Shown here piece after piece: positions 1-15,149 of a DNA stretch of 64,000 nucleotides (positions are counted from its first letter, which is position 1; each line of letters starts with the position of its first letter). Source of the DNA: Octopus vulgaris (Eukaryota); the NCBI GenBank assembly GCA_951406725.2, contig OX597814.1:178560001-178624000 (forward strand). The letters run 5' to 3'. The notes below the pieces were generated by a model, which saw only the letters and a program-made list of their open reading frames with translations, was not told the DNA's origin and ran no database searches. The position numbers and the translations under genes are program-made.

Positions 1-2910
1 ACAAATATGGGAAGAGACGGATAGAATACATATATCACATCTTTTAATGTTCTGAATTCAGTTCAAATCATGGATCAACTAATCTTTCTCAGTTAAGAGG
101 GAATATACAGGGAGGCGTTCAAAATACATCTCAGTATTTCATTTTAGCGTGCTCAAAACTAAGAAATCATTTGATTGCAGGAAGTATAGAAAACATGTAT
201 TACTAATGTTCACATTAATCACCGATTAGCCGCTACCTGTAAACACTCTAACGGAACAGAATTAATGTAAGAAAAAATAGAATACTTAAAAGAAAAGATG
301 AAAATAACTCTGAACACAGGATGAGTACAATACAGCACAAAAATCGCTCTAACCATTTATACAAACATATGAAATGCATATAACGTAAGCTGACCTGTGA
401 GAAGCAAAACAATGAAATAAAGAAAATTTAACACAACAAAACACTTAAATACCTATGTAATATTAACCAACAATAACCGGACCAGAACTACAGCAATACA
501 AATAGGAACACAAGTGAAAATGAGGTATAAGTGTATTACACTGGATATTTTAAAGGTGATAGTGTTCTAAAAGTGTAAATAAAAAATTCAAATCGATAGC
601 AAAGATACCTAAATATCAAAAGTAGAACCTTCCAACTACACAATGATAAAAAATAATGATAATATCACAACATCAATAAAAACAAACATAAATATTAGAC
701 TTACGAACATCAATATCACCAGGATAAACAATGTAGTCTATGCAGCAGCTATAATGGTAAAGAAAAAAAATGTTGGTACTTTCTCAAAACTATTCGTAGA
801 TGAACATCTTAACCCTTAACATCTGCAGTAAGCAACGTTAAAAACAAGCACACAGACAAACATAGAAAGTGAAATTAAACACCCGAAACGAAAAACACGA
901 ATTTAAAAGGAAGCGATAGCAAACGAAGCATCATCACAAGAAAAAAATGTTTACGAATTCAAAGGTGTATAAGATAGAAGATCTTTAAGAAATTGTCAGT
1001 AATTTGCTGTTAGGAAATGCTATCGTTCTTTTTGAAGTCAACAAAGAGGTTCGACTGACTGTCTATGATTTTAACGCGAAGAATGGAAAAATAATTTAAA
1101 ATCATTGCCAAGTCAAGTGTAACTGTACCATGAAATGTTCGCCAAGAACAAGAAATGATACGTGCCGTACATGCGGAGTTGGGAGAAGCAATGATAGCAT
1201 ATAATGTCATTCAGACTCCACAGAAAATGAACGATTAAAAACGCACCATAAATAAGAAAATTTCAAATCTTGGTTTAAATATTTAATAGGCATACGCACA
1301 CGTCGAAAAGAAAACAGAAAATGAAAAAAGGCTGGGAAAACATTCATTGATTTATTGCATAAAGTATAAATAATACCTATGTAGCTCACTTAGTGGAAAA
1401 TCATTTTCATGTCCGAGATCATAAAAATAATCACGCCCCCCCCCCCTAAAAACTACAGCCCCATGCTCCGTATGCTTATAATATTCAACGACTTAACTGG
1501 AATAATATTCCAGAAAATACTCACTTGGGAATATATCAATTCACTTACAGTGCAGAAGGGATGATGGGGAAGCTCATATATTTTTAATGACCAATTGCTG
1601 ACCAACAAATCCATAATACACGTCTGTTGAAGGAGAAAAACGGGTTTGACGATAGCATGGATTATTTTTGAAGAAGGCTTTTAACAATTTTCCCTACCTG
1701 TGGATGCTAGAAACATTGGCCATGGGCAGATTAATAAATAAGCTCATGAAATATGTCACCATAAATATCGGATAATCCTGCAGGTACAAATAAATGTCAG
1801 GTAAGAAGATTGCAGACATCATGGAATGCTTAGAAGAATATTTTTGACAATTTTTTTCTTCCAATGGATCCAAGTAACTTGGGCTTTGGGTAAAGTAATA
1901 AGCAGGTTCATAGAAAATGACACGGATAAATGGTAAACAACCTCGCAGATGCAAATAAATGAGGGAATTATAAAAACGACAACGCAATGCTAGTAGAAGA
2001 TAAATTTTCTCCTCTGTTTTCCTGCTTGGCGCTAACAGCTTTAAATAGCATGTTGTGAGCAGACTGGTGTTAGATACAATTTCGACAGGAGGACAATCAA
2101 TCATAATTTATGTGTGGATGAACTCATGTTGAATATTGCATATGCTGTATATTGTATATGACAAACGACTGGAAAGAGTGGTACATAAACTACATAGATT
2201 TAATTATGGAACTAACATGAAATTTCGTTCAGAAAAATGAGCCAACGCCACCTTAAAGTGAGGAATATTAGTAAAAGCTACTATCATGTTATATAAAAAT
2301 GTAGGACACCTATCATTGCACTATTTAATATTAGATGCACTGCTTTCCTAAAATGAGTTATGCCCATGACTGGGAAGTATTTGTTCGTAGGTTTGCTTGA
2401 TCGTTGCTGACCTGGATATAATAAAATTTTTCTGTATCACTGTAGTGATATATATTATAATATAATATAATATTAAGGTATCACTGTAGTGATGTATATA
2501 CAATAATATAATAAAATGTTATTGTACCGTTGTGGTGATATATATAAAAATATAAAATAATATGCTATAATGTCCATAGTTCAAAGATGTCTCTACCTAT
2601 TCTCTTGACATGCTAGAAATAGTAACCAAATCTCCAGATGTTATATATAGGAATAGAGATAAAGATTTATATCAAATACGCAGTCTTACAGATATTTAGG
2701 AATTAATTGCCCCTTCAGAGTACAATATCCACTAAATTTCGGTTAGCTAAGAGAGCTCTCCATCGTTACTAAAAACGCTGCCGGCGCCACCGCCATGACC
2801 ACCGTAACCACCACCGCAAGCATCATCGCCACCACCGCAAGCACCATCGCCACCGCCGCAGCCACCACCACCACCGCCGCAACCACCACCTTTGCAACTC
2901 CTGCCGTCAC

Positions 2911-3066
2911 AAATACCTATTTCTTTATTACCCACAAGGGGCTTAACATAGAGGGGACAAACAAGGACAGGCATAGGTATTAAGTCGATTGCATAGACCC
3001 CAGTGCTTAACTGGTACTTAATATATCGACCCCGAAAGGATGAAAGGCAAAGTCGACCTCGGCGGC
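2911..3066 (-). mobile_element. SINE family C (Nin/Deu-domain-like), 3' part
   Basis: Reverse complement of the GAGGTCGACTTTGCCTTTCATCCTTTCGGGGTCGATA...AAGTACCAGT...CCCCTTGTGGGTAATAAAGAAATAGGTATT block that recurs at 19805-20026, 58884-59090 and 59979-60215. Confidence 0.85.
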
Positions 3067-3639
3067 GACACCAATACCGCCGCCACCAACACTCTTGACG
3101 CCGTAGCCGCTGCCGCCACCACCACCACCCATCCCCACCCTCACCCCTCCCTCACCTCCACCACCACTGTAACTAATGCTATAACTGCTGATGAATCTAA
3201 CATCTGTACGAGACGAGAAACTTCATGAAAGTCGAAGGCGATTGGCAAATGTAGTTGTCAAAGGAAATCCTTTATTGAGCAAACCATGCTTAGGCATCTT
3301 TACCATGTCAGTCCTATCTGTTCCTAAGACGTTATGTACATTTTCTTTGCCATGAATGGAAGATGTGATTTTTAGCAGCTGCAGTGATTAGACAAAGGCT
3401 TCTATGTTAGTGGACAAAAATGTTGTTGTTGCTTTGGCTGTGGTGACTTCAGATCACACACTTCCACATATTTTTCAGACATATTGTTAGGTTTACTATA
3501 ATTTACGACTCACTTTTAAAAGCTCTAGAATGTTATTAAAGTCATAAAGGAATTAGCTGATACGTCTCGTAAGTCAAGCAAATAAGTAACTAGGCGCAGG
3601 AGTGGCTGTGTGGTAAGTAGCTTGCTTACTACTAAGTTG

Positions 3640-4535
3640 TTGACGCGTTTTTTCTACGCTGAGAAAGTAACGTCGTTTGACGTTGAAATTGAACATTTGA
3701 AACACGACCATAGGTAAAGCATTTGCTTTTTGGTGGGGCTTAGTGAAGTCCGTTGTTCGTATGGTTAATATTTTTTTCGAACAAGGGTCCCCACTGTGTT
3801 CCAGACATTTGTTTGCTAGTGATCGTACTAAAAGACTCACTTTTTAGTGAGTTGTGTGTTTTCGGGAGGTGTGTTCTTCAGAAAATTTATGTTTTATGTG
3901 ACTGTGTGCACTTCGTGGATTTTACCAATTGGAGTACAACCAGAATTTTACCATTTGGAGTACAACCAGGAATCTTTTGCTGCTATTTTTGTGCTGCAAG
4001 GCATTTTTAACTGTGCCACAAAGGATTACCAGAGTTGAATTTTGTTGTCATTTGAAATGTCTTCCTTTGTTCTTTTTCTCTTGTCTGTCTTTCTGCTCTT
4101 TTTTGTGTTTGCATTAGAGTCTTTTATTTGAACATTTTTGATATTATTGTGGACTTTAATATTTTAGTTTAATTTATTAATGGTAACCAGATGTAAGAAA
4201 GCCTTGGAGTGACGAAATGTGGCCCCAAGGAGTGGTTAAAAACTATGATGAGAGAATAGTGTTGTTGCGGACTTATTGCAAGGACCGCAACACCATCTGT
4301 GAATTCCCTCAGAGTGAAATTGAAGAAGAGTTGGCGGGGTTAGAACCAACTTATATGTTCATCTTAGGGGTGCAAAGTACGCAACGGTGTGCGTGCTTTT
4401 CGACACCCATACGGAAGCTCAGAAATTTGCGAGCCAACCTATAGGTGGCAGGAAAATTTTGTTTCCACCGACTTATGATGGGCATAAATTGACAAGAGCC
4501 TGGGTGTGTAAACAAGCAATAATAAATCTCTGAAC
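3640..4535 (+). pseudogene. Possible 5' UTR and ORF1 N-terminus of an L1/Tx1-like LINE, frameshifted
   Basis: Non-repetitive peptide YDERIVLLRTYCKDRNTICEFPQSEIEEELAGLEPTYMF (ORF 4217-4444) continues after a frameshift as TEAQKFASQPIGGRKILFPPTYDGHKLTRAWV. This resembles RRM-type LINE ORF1 by pattern recognition only. Confidence 0.35.
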
Positions 4536-4560
4536 GAGGTATAAACAGTAGCTGCACGAC

Positions 4561-4935
4561 AATGTGAAGTATATTTTTCACTTAAATGTGACTAACCACT
4601 AAGGGTGGATGCTACTGTAGCTTGTAGCCCCAGGAGAACATCTTCTCCAGCTGGCTATTGACACACTTTCTGTTTATACCTCGTTCAGAGATTTATTATT
4701 GCTTGTTTACACTTTTTCGTCACTGGAAAAGAATATATGTATTTGCATTGGAACCCCTTCGCATCGAATACCTGTGATTGTCGTGCGCTGACGACGGATA
4801 AATACTCAGAAACCCGGGTCCATGCATATCACGTCAGGTCAACGATGGGAAGGATGGCTTCCCCCCTTAGTGGTTAGTCACATTTAAGTGGCAAATATAC
4901 TTCACATTATAAAGAAATTCGTTATTCTTTACTCA
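4561..4935 (+). mobile_element. Fold-back non-autonomous element with hammerhead-like core
   Basis: Inverted arms 4561-4612 and 4857-4908. Internal CTGACGA (4788-4794), GAAA (4809-4812), palindromic ACCCGGGT and GTC (4818-4820). Confidence 0.65.
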
Positions 4936-5733
4936 CCATTCTTTAATTAAAGGGGGAAAAAACTGTAATATTATAAAATACAGTGATTGATGTCCAACAT
5001 TTAAAAAGAAATAAAGATTTGAGTGTTCTTTGTAAAAGGTTCTATAACCATCTAAGTTTCCGTTTTTGGCTTCTAACATCAGGTGAGGTTGTGATACCTT
5101 TGTTTTTTTTTTATAAAGTTTAAGAAAATGACCTACGCTCCAAATATACCAGCTATTAAAGAATATTTGCCTTTTATATGGAGAACTAAGTTAGGGCTAA
5201 ATGTTTAACATTAACTTAAAATCATATTTTTGCACCCTTTTGAGATCTTATCAATCCGAGATTCCAGAAGATTTATACTGTTGTGAAAATAATAAAAGGG
5301 GAGATAACAAAAGGCGAAATTAGTGTTGACCAATGAGGATTATCTCTATTCTAAACATTAAATACTTAGTTTCCTCGTCGGAAAGTAATATATCTCTATC
5401 TTGTAGGTTAACAAATCATTTGTCTGCTAAACTATGCGAAGATGCTAAGAATGCCATATATTCATTGTGTCTATATTTTACCGAATTAGACTGATAATTG
5501 TGCGAGAATACATTACAAGGTATTTCAGTAGCGTTAGTATTCATTTGAATGTTTGCGGTATATATATTAATAATTTAGGCACACACAGAATATATATATA
5601 TATATATATATATAGAGGTTTGTATGATTGTGTATAGAGGGATATATATTATTCAAAGAATATATATATATATATATATATAGATATATATATATATATA
5701 CATATATGTATATATATATATATATACATATAT

Positions 5734-6040
5734 CCCCGTGATCACCGTGATCGACCAGGCTATCAGAAGTTGCTACACATCGCTGGTCACAATGCGCTTC
5801 GCATTGTTTTAGCATTCAAATGACGCCACGCCGCTGGCTAAGTGAGCAAGACAACAGAAGAAAGAGTGAGAGAAACTTGTGGCAAAAGAGTACAGCAGGG
5901 ATCGCCAACACCCCCTGCCAGAGCCTCGTGGAGTTTTAGGTGTTTTCGCTTAATAAACACACACAACGCCCGGTCTGTGAATCGAAACCGCAATCCTACG
6001 ACCGCGAGACCGCTTCCCCAACCACTGGGTCATTCCACCT

Positions 6041-6041
<1 letters not shown>
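5734..6041 (-). mobile_element. tRNA-derived SINE family A
   Basis: Reverse-complement match to the 34570-34853 copy, with A-box/B-box head at the right end; flanked by (TA)n and (CA)n. Confidence 0.85.
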
Positions 6042-6109
<68 letters not shown>

Positions 6110-6110
<1 letters not shown>

Positions 6111-6304
6111 GTCTGTGTTTGTCACCCCAACATCGCTTGACAACCGATGCTGGTGTGGATATGTCCCCATAAATTAGCGGTTCGGCAAAAAGGACCGATG
6201 GAATAAGTACTAAGCTTCCAAAGAATAAGTCCTTGGGTCGACTTGCTTGACTAAAAGCGGTGCTCCAACATGGCCGCAGTCAAATGACTGAAACAATTAA
6301 AAGA
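6110..6304 (+). mobile_element. SINE family B, 3' half
   Basis: CATCGCTTGACAACCGATGCTGGTGTG...GGTGCTCCAACATGGCCGCAGTCAAATGACTGAAACAA matches the copies at 24926-25314, 40913-41395 and 50923-51312. Confidence 0.85.
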
Positions 6305-6538
6305 TATTATATATATTAATGATTTAGGCTCACGACCAGAAACGTTGAGGGAAAAGAGGGGACCGTTGCTCGATATCATTGGCCGCAGTATTCATAAATA
6401 CCGAAAGAAGGGAAGTAAAATTTACCCGAATGAATTTGAGCTCAGAATGGCAAGCAACACTACAAGGAATTTTTCGATGCTCTAACGATCCCGCTAATCC
6501 ACCGCACTGTCTTTTAAGTATAATAATGGTTATTTTTA

Positions 6539-7423
6539 CAGTGTGTAAGGTGTTTATAAACCCTTTAAGAAGCACACAAAAACCGTTAGATTCACTTCAA
6601 CATAGTTCCAGCACACGATCTAAGATCAGGTCACTTGCTTTGCAAATATATCTCCGTAAATGATTATTTTTACAAGCACCAAGACTGAGGGCCTATCAGT
6701 GTCATTTACGCTTTTTTCATCCAGAAGAGGAGACTTTATGTGATTACTCGAAAGGAAGCATTAGATAATCTGACTCTGCGTACCATATACATGAAAATAT
6801 GACGTTATTGTCAAAGCTACAACGCATTGAGCGTAGATTTATTTGATCAGCATATGCAGTTGGTTAAAAAGAACAAACAAAGAAAAAGCGACAATATCCT
6901 TACGATTGTAAACGTTCAATTCAAAACATTGATCAATACATCGAACTATTGATATACTGTACAAAAAGAAGGAAACCGATCCGAACCTATTTGAAGTTGA
7001 ATTGGTTTCTTGCTGAAAATGATTCTGAAAACTTCAATCTGAGAAAAGTTTATTATTTAATTGAAACTGAGGAAATAAATGGTGACGTATAGAAGAAGTT
7101 GAGGTCGATAAAGTCGGTAAACTAAATACAGAGATATGTGGCGGGTTAATTACAATTTTTGATTTACAGGTATTTCTTTGTGTATATATCAATTGCGATC
7201 TTGAGCCAACGAAGAAATGTAGAACCGACGAGCCAAGAGATAAAAGAAAAACTATAAAATTATAACAAAATGAATACTGAAAAGAGAGAGATAACAAGAC
7301 ACAGAATAGCTTTTCTTTTTAAATTATATTTTTGAAATAATGAATATGTTACTGTTTTTTAATAGTTGCTCAAATAAATGCTCAAAGTATCAACTTCGAT
7401 ATTTTTAAAACACTTAACCACCG
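6539..7423. mobile_element. Possible decayed DNA transposon with imperfect TIRs
   Basis: Left end CAGTGTGTAAGGTGTTTATAAA (preceded by TA) versus reverse complement of the right end CGGTGGTTAAGTGTTTTAAA. No transposase motif recognised. Confidence 0.3.
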
Positions 7424-7974
7424 GTGTATTAACAGCACAGTTGAACTAAATTTCAAATACGCCATCGTCATCGTTATTTTCATCATCGTTGTCGTCGTCG
7501 TCGTCTTAGTCATCATTATTAATAACAATAGCAACAACACCATCTTTCATATGAAGCACGAAAATAGATGGCAACCATTTCATAGCTTTTGATGCTGTTT
7601 TTGGCTTGGGCTTTATTTATTTTTTTTTATATTGTGATTTAATATTGTTTTGATCGTTCTTTTTCTGGTCTCATGTCTTTGCTTTTGTTTCAGTCAAGAA
7701 CGATGTATATTTTTTTTCTTTTTTTAGGGGAAAAATTACAAATATTTTTGTTTTTGCTGTAGTAATTATGTGGGAGTATCCTGGTGTCAGATTAGTGTTA
7801 CCTGTAACTTATACTGTTTATGACGGGAGAAAAATAATGAAAGAAAGGTGAATGAAAGATCTAGAAAGAAAAATTTACTAAGCAGACAAAGTCTAAGATC
7901 TTTGTTCTTGGAAATGTCAATTAAAACTTCGGTGAAACATCAAGTTTTAGAAGAAAATGAAGGAGAAAAGAACA

Positions 7975-8320
7975 TAATGATGCTTCTGATAATAATAATA
8001 ATAATAATAATGATGATAACAATAATAATAACAACAACAAAAAAAGCATCAAGAAGAGAAAAAAGAATGTTGATGATTATGATGATAATGATTTCTTTTA
8101 TGATAACAACAACAATAGCAATAATAATAATAATAATTAGAAGAAGAAGAAGAAGAAGAAGAAGAAGAGCAACAACAACAACAACAACAACAGCAAAAGG
8201 AAAAAGAAGAAGAAGAAGAAGAAAAAGAAGAAGAAGAAGAAGAAGAAGAAGAAGAAGAAGAAGAAGAAGAAGAAGAAGAAGAAGAAGAAGAATGATAATA
8301 ATAATAATAATAATAATGGA
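7975..8320. repeat. Compound (AAT)n/(AAC)n/(AAG)n microsatellite
   Basis: Direct reading; explains the poly-R/S/F ORFs in the track. Confidence 0.95.
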
Positions 8321-8578
8321 AAAAGTATTTTATCATATTTTTGAAATACCAATTAAAATACATGGATCTTATTGATTTTTTTCTTCATTAATTTGTAGCT
8401 TATCTGAATTTCATCAAAGAATGTCGATATAAAGAAATATGTCAAAATAGTGAAATAGCGACCAAAAAAGAAAAGCAAAGAAAAACAGAGAGAGAGAAAA
8501 AAAAACATAACAGCGACAAAGTATTGGACACGAAACAAAAATCACAAAAGAGATAAAAAGAACATTTAAAGCCAAAAT

Positions 8579-8609
<31 letters not shown>

Positions 8610-9189
8610 GGTGATGCTTATGTTGATGATTATAATAAAAATAATAATGATGATGATAATGGCGTCGACGAACCCGACGCAGACGAAGTCGACAATTTCT
8701 GGCAACAACTAAATAAAAACATGAAATATAACAAAATACAGCGAAGTACATGTTCTATCGCTTTCTATGTAATTCTAATGTTGAAATGAAATGGTGAAAA
8801 ATAACGGCAGCTGAGATATCTCAAAAGCTTCTGGAAGAAATAACAGCAGAACTATAATGAAGTGTGGTGACGATGTTGTTGATGATGATGATGATGATGA
8901 TGATGTTAATAGTATCGTAGACGATTATGATAACTACAGTCATGATGATGACGATGAGAATGGTATTTATTACGACAATATTAATTTCTGAATCAGAAGC
9001 AAGGACAAAATTTTTCAGGGGGAAAAGAACAGTACTTGATTTTTCCATTATTTCATTGACAGTGAACGGTTGAAAGGGTAGCTGACCTCTATGGATATTG
9101 AACTCAGAATATAACGTGCAATAAGTGCCGTACGGCAATTTTTCTAAAGGTCTAAACCATTCTATCAATTAGCCACTCTGATTATTACG

Positions 9190-9640
9190 ATAATGATATT
9201 TAACTGAGATACAAGCCTGTAATTTTAAGGGGGAAATGGTAGTCAATTACTTCAACAACGAAACTGCTGGTTTATTTTATTGATTCTGAAGGTTGGAAGG
9301 CAAACTCAGCCTCGGCAGGTTTTGAAAACAGAAATTAAAAAGAAAGAGAAAAAGCATGAAATACCGCACAGCAATTCTTTTTTCCCGACGATCTAAACAT
9401 TCTGCTAATTCACCGACTTAAAAGTTATAATACCTGTTTCAGATTTGGGCACAAGACGAGCAGTTTTGTGGAGAAAGGGTCAGTCAATACTATGGAACTC
9501 AGTACCAGCCAGTTTATCTTGAAGGACGTGGGAGAATGAAAAGTAAAGTTGATTTTAGCAGGATTTGAACTCAGAATGTTTAGAATTTTGGTTAAAAATT
9601 GCCTTGCAGCATTTTCCCCAGTATTCTAACGGTTTAGCCA
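9190..9640 (-). mobile_element. Old SINE family C copies (2-3, degenerate)
   Basis: GAAGGCAAACTCAGCCTCGGCAGG and GATTTGAACTCAGAATG resemble family C in minus orientation. Confidence 0.6.
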
Positions 9641-9809
9641 GCGCAGAGATTTTTTTTTTATTATTTTGCTATATAATATTTCTTTTACAGAATTTAATAA
9701 ATATATCTTAAAATACTTCTTGCACCTTGCTATAAATATATATATTTTATAATATATGCACATATATTGCACTAGTGTCTCTACGAATGAATGTACGTAT
9801 GTATATGTA

Positions 9810-9907
9810 TGACTATACAAATGTATATATGTATGTATTAGCGAATATCTGATTGTGTGTGTATTGCGTTCTTGTCCATTTTGTATTTTATATATATATA
9901 TATATGC

Positions 9908-9982
<75 letters not shown>

Positions 9983-10180
9983 CATATATATATATATAAA
10001 ATAAAATACAAAAGAACGCAATACACACACAATCAGATATTCGCTAATATATACATATAATATATACATATATACATATATATACATATATGACTATACA
10101 AATGTATATATGTATATATTAGCGAATATCTGATTGTGTGTGTATTGCGTTCTTGTCCCATTTTGTATTTTATTTTATTT
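9810..10180. repeat. Direct/inverted/direct triplication of an ~80-bp unique segment around (TA)n
   Basis: TATTAGCGAATATCTGATTGTGTGTGTATTGCGTTCTT at about 9836 and 10117; its reverse complement at about 10012-10049. Confidence 0.9.
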
Positions 10181-10507
10181 ATATATATATATATATACAG
10201 CGGGGTACGTACACTTTGTTCTCTTATACATACATATACACACATTTGCATATTGATTCAAGAATATGTGTGCGTGTGTGCTTGAGTGTCTGTTTATGTG
10301 CCGTGTGTGTTCTTATATATGTATGAATAAATCCTAGTTAGCACGCCACCGTATGACTTTATTACGAACTAAAATATTTCCAAGAATGTCTTATCAATAG
10401 TTTCCATACAATCTCCAATATCTCGTCATCTTCAAAACCTCATTGCTTCTCCTTTTCTCACAATATCAATGACTGGCTTTATCAGATTTACTTCAACTAT
10501 ACAACAC

Positions 10508-10576
<69 letters not shown>

Positions 10577-10899
10577 ACTCTCTCTCTCTCTCTCACACAC
10601 TCTCTCTGATAGACACATGCACATACACACACACAAACACTCTCTCTCTCTCTCCCTCTCTCTTATTCTATCTTTCCTCTCCCTTAATCATCTACTGCTC
10701 GATTTCTCTTTAACAGTTACATTCCAATTTTCAAAATTTAATTAGGTGCACGTAACGCTGTGTCCTACTCCCTTGCTATAGTGGAGAAGATTGCATGTTA
10801 CGTTGAGGCGGGAAGCAATTCTAGTTGGGCGCTCAATCTCACAGCCAAATTCATTCGGGTCCAAGGGCTGGGTCTAATGGCAGAAGTCATACAATTTCC

Positions 10900-13060
<2,161 letters not shown>

Positions 13061-13282
13061 CAGCTGCAGAATTCAAAGAGAATATTAGCAAGGAATTTTG
13101 CAGAAAAGTCTTTTGCTCCTGCTAGTGATCGACAAAGAAATGACTGAATGGGCACAGTGTGTGTAGTGAATTGTCTTCGGACGTTCATTGTGTTGACCAA
13201 TAATTTACAAGTGGAATTTGGTACACAGAAATTGTGCAAGTGCCTCCTCACACGCACACATATACACATATACATATATACT

Positions 13283-13778
13283 TGTAGCATGACACAAGAA
13301 GCCAGCGCCATTTTGTGCGAGATCTCGCTGGCAGCCATTATCATGTCCAAGACAAGAGCGAGATCTCGCCTACAACCAATATCTGCCGTGTGCGAGACCA
13401 CAGCGAGGCTCTCGTGGGCAACATCTATTTAAGGAGGCGTATAAAGACGATTCTTTCTTTTGCGTTCACGCTCACGCTAAGCAACACTGCAAACTGGCAG
13501 CTCACAGCAGATTCTTGTCCTGCTCTGACTTCACCCATTATCTCCAGAGGTAATGTACTTCACATGAACGGAACTTAAACGAACTACGCGCTGCTATACA
13601 GATGGTCGCCAGACTAAATAAACAACCATTGAATTGCATCCACTTGTAAGCTTCTTCTTTCGTGTTCCAAATCCTAAGACTACAGAAAATAATTGTAATG
13701 GGAGAAGGAGATACTTCGCAGGTATCATTAACCTTCGAGTCCCATTGTATACTTTTCAAGGGTATATTTGAGGGTACA
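13283..13778 (+). mobile_element. Solo-LTR candidate
   Basis: TGTAGC...GGTACA termini; CCAAT 13376-13380, TATTTAA 13426-13432 and AATAAA 13617-13622 in U3-R-U5 order. No clear TSD. Confidence 0.4.
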
Positions 13779-13780
13779 CA

Positions 13781-13856
<76 letters not shown>

Positions 13857-13896
13857 CGCACATATACATACCTATACATATACTTTCGTTTATGTA

Positions 13897-15149
13897 CAGG
13901 GTTTGGACAAAGTATTTGGAACACGTGTTAAATTCAATGAATATTTATTTAATATGGATTTTGTCCTCTTTTAGCTATCTGAACAGCTTCGATGCGTCTA
14001 GGAATAGATTCATGCAACTTCCTGACTTCATTGAGAGGATTCGTTAGCCATTCTGCCTACCAAACCTGATTCAGCTGTTGCAGACACGACGGTGGAGGGT
14101 AACGGCTTCTGACTTGTCGCTCCAAGACAAACTACAGATGCTCAATAATATTAAGATCTGGAGATTCAGAGGGCCACTCCATGTGGCCACTACTATGCTC
14201 TTCATACCAATTCTTTACCACATGAGAGGTGTGTATTTGAGCATTGTCATCTTGGAAGTTGCACTCGTCAGCAGGAAATAATGTCTGGCCCACAGGAAGG
14301 ACTTCATTCTCCAAAATATTCAGATAATAATTGCTGTTGATCCGACCATGCAGGGCAACGATTCGACCAAGAGTATTCCAAGAAATGGCAGCCCAAACTG
14401 TCACAGACTGTTCACGTGCTTCACTGTAGGAAGAAGTCAGTCAGGATTAAAAATTTCCCCGGGCTGCCTCCACACATAAACTCACCTTAAACTGGGGAAA
14501 AAAGAAAAATTGGACTCATCGGAGAATATATTACTTCCTTCCATTGGTCTGTAGACCAGCCCTTGTGATCTCTACACCAGTTCAGCCTTTTCTGAATGTT
14601 TTATGAGAAAGCAGAAATTTCCTGATGGTGGCAATTCCATGATATCTGGCTTTATTGAGCTCACGGTGAACAGTTTTGAGCTAGTCGGATGATGATTCAA
14701 CTCTGTAGTCACTTTAAGGAGAGTTGTCTGGTGATTTTTCATCACAATGCGATTTAACACACGTCAGTCTCCATCAGTGAGCTTCGAAGTCTCGTCGGAC
14801 TTACTCCTCCTGATGGAGGTTTTGTCCTGCTTCTCAAATTCAGGCATGGTCCTTGATATTGTAGCTCTCGAAAAACCATGTAATTCACATGTTCTGGTGA
14901 CGGAAGCTCATGCCATTCGAGCTCCAACAATTTGGCCTTTTTCGAACTCATTGAGGTCAGGCATCTTAGCTTAATTTATACAACGATCTGAAAAAGAGAT
15001 AGAAATAATCATTAAGTTAGATAAATAAAACCATCTACAAAACAAAAAAAATACTCAGAATGAAATTTGGATGGATATTCGTAAAATAATGGTTCATTGA
15101 AATATTGGAGTCAGATTTCTACTGTTCCAGTTATTTTGTCCAGCCCCTG
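13897..15149 (-). mobile_element. Tc1-family (DD34E) DNA transposon, full length, inactive
   Basis: TIRs CAGGGTTTGGACAAAGTATTTGGAACAC and CAGGGGCTGGACAAAATAACTGGAACAG (22/28 match) with TA TSD on both sides. Confidence 0.95.
13950..14964 (-). pseudogene. Tc1 transposase pseudogene
   Basis: Starts MPDLNEFEKGQIVGARMA* at 14964; motifs FSDES, VWAAISWNTLG, FQDDNAQIH and WPSESPDLNIIEHL; stops and frameshifts. The 3' end coordinate is approximate. Confidence 0.92.

Noticed and set aside
1400-2104. Possible decayed Penelope RT/GIY-YIG on the minus strand (LPFIRV, DYPIF, VVEYY)
   Set aside because: Only faint, non-contiguous resemblance; not supportable without a profile search.
3188-3235. CTGATGA...GAAA C TTCATGAAA GTC hammerhead-like string
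   Set aside because: No stem I complementarity and a poor stem II.
8511-8789. Open plus-strand frame with acidic segment DEPDADEVDNFWQQLNKNMKY
   Set aside because: No upstream start or clear splice sites; largely built from GAT/GGT/AAT repeats.
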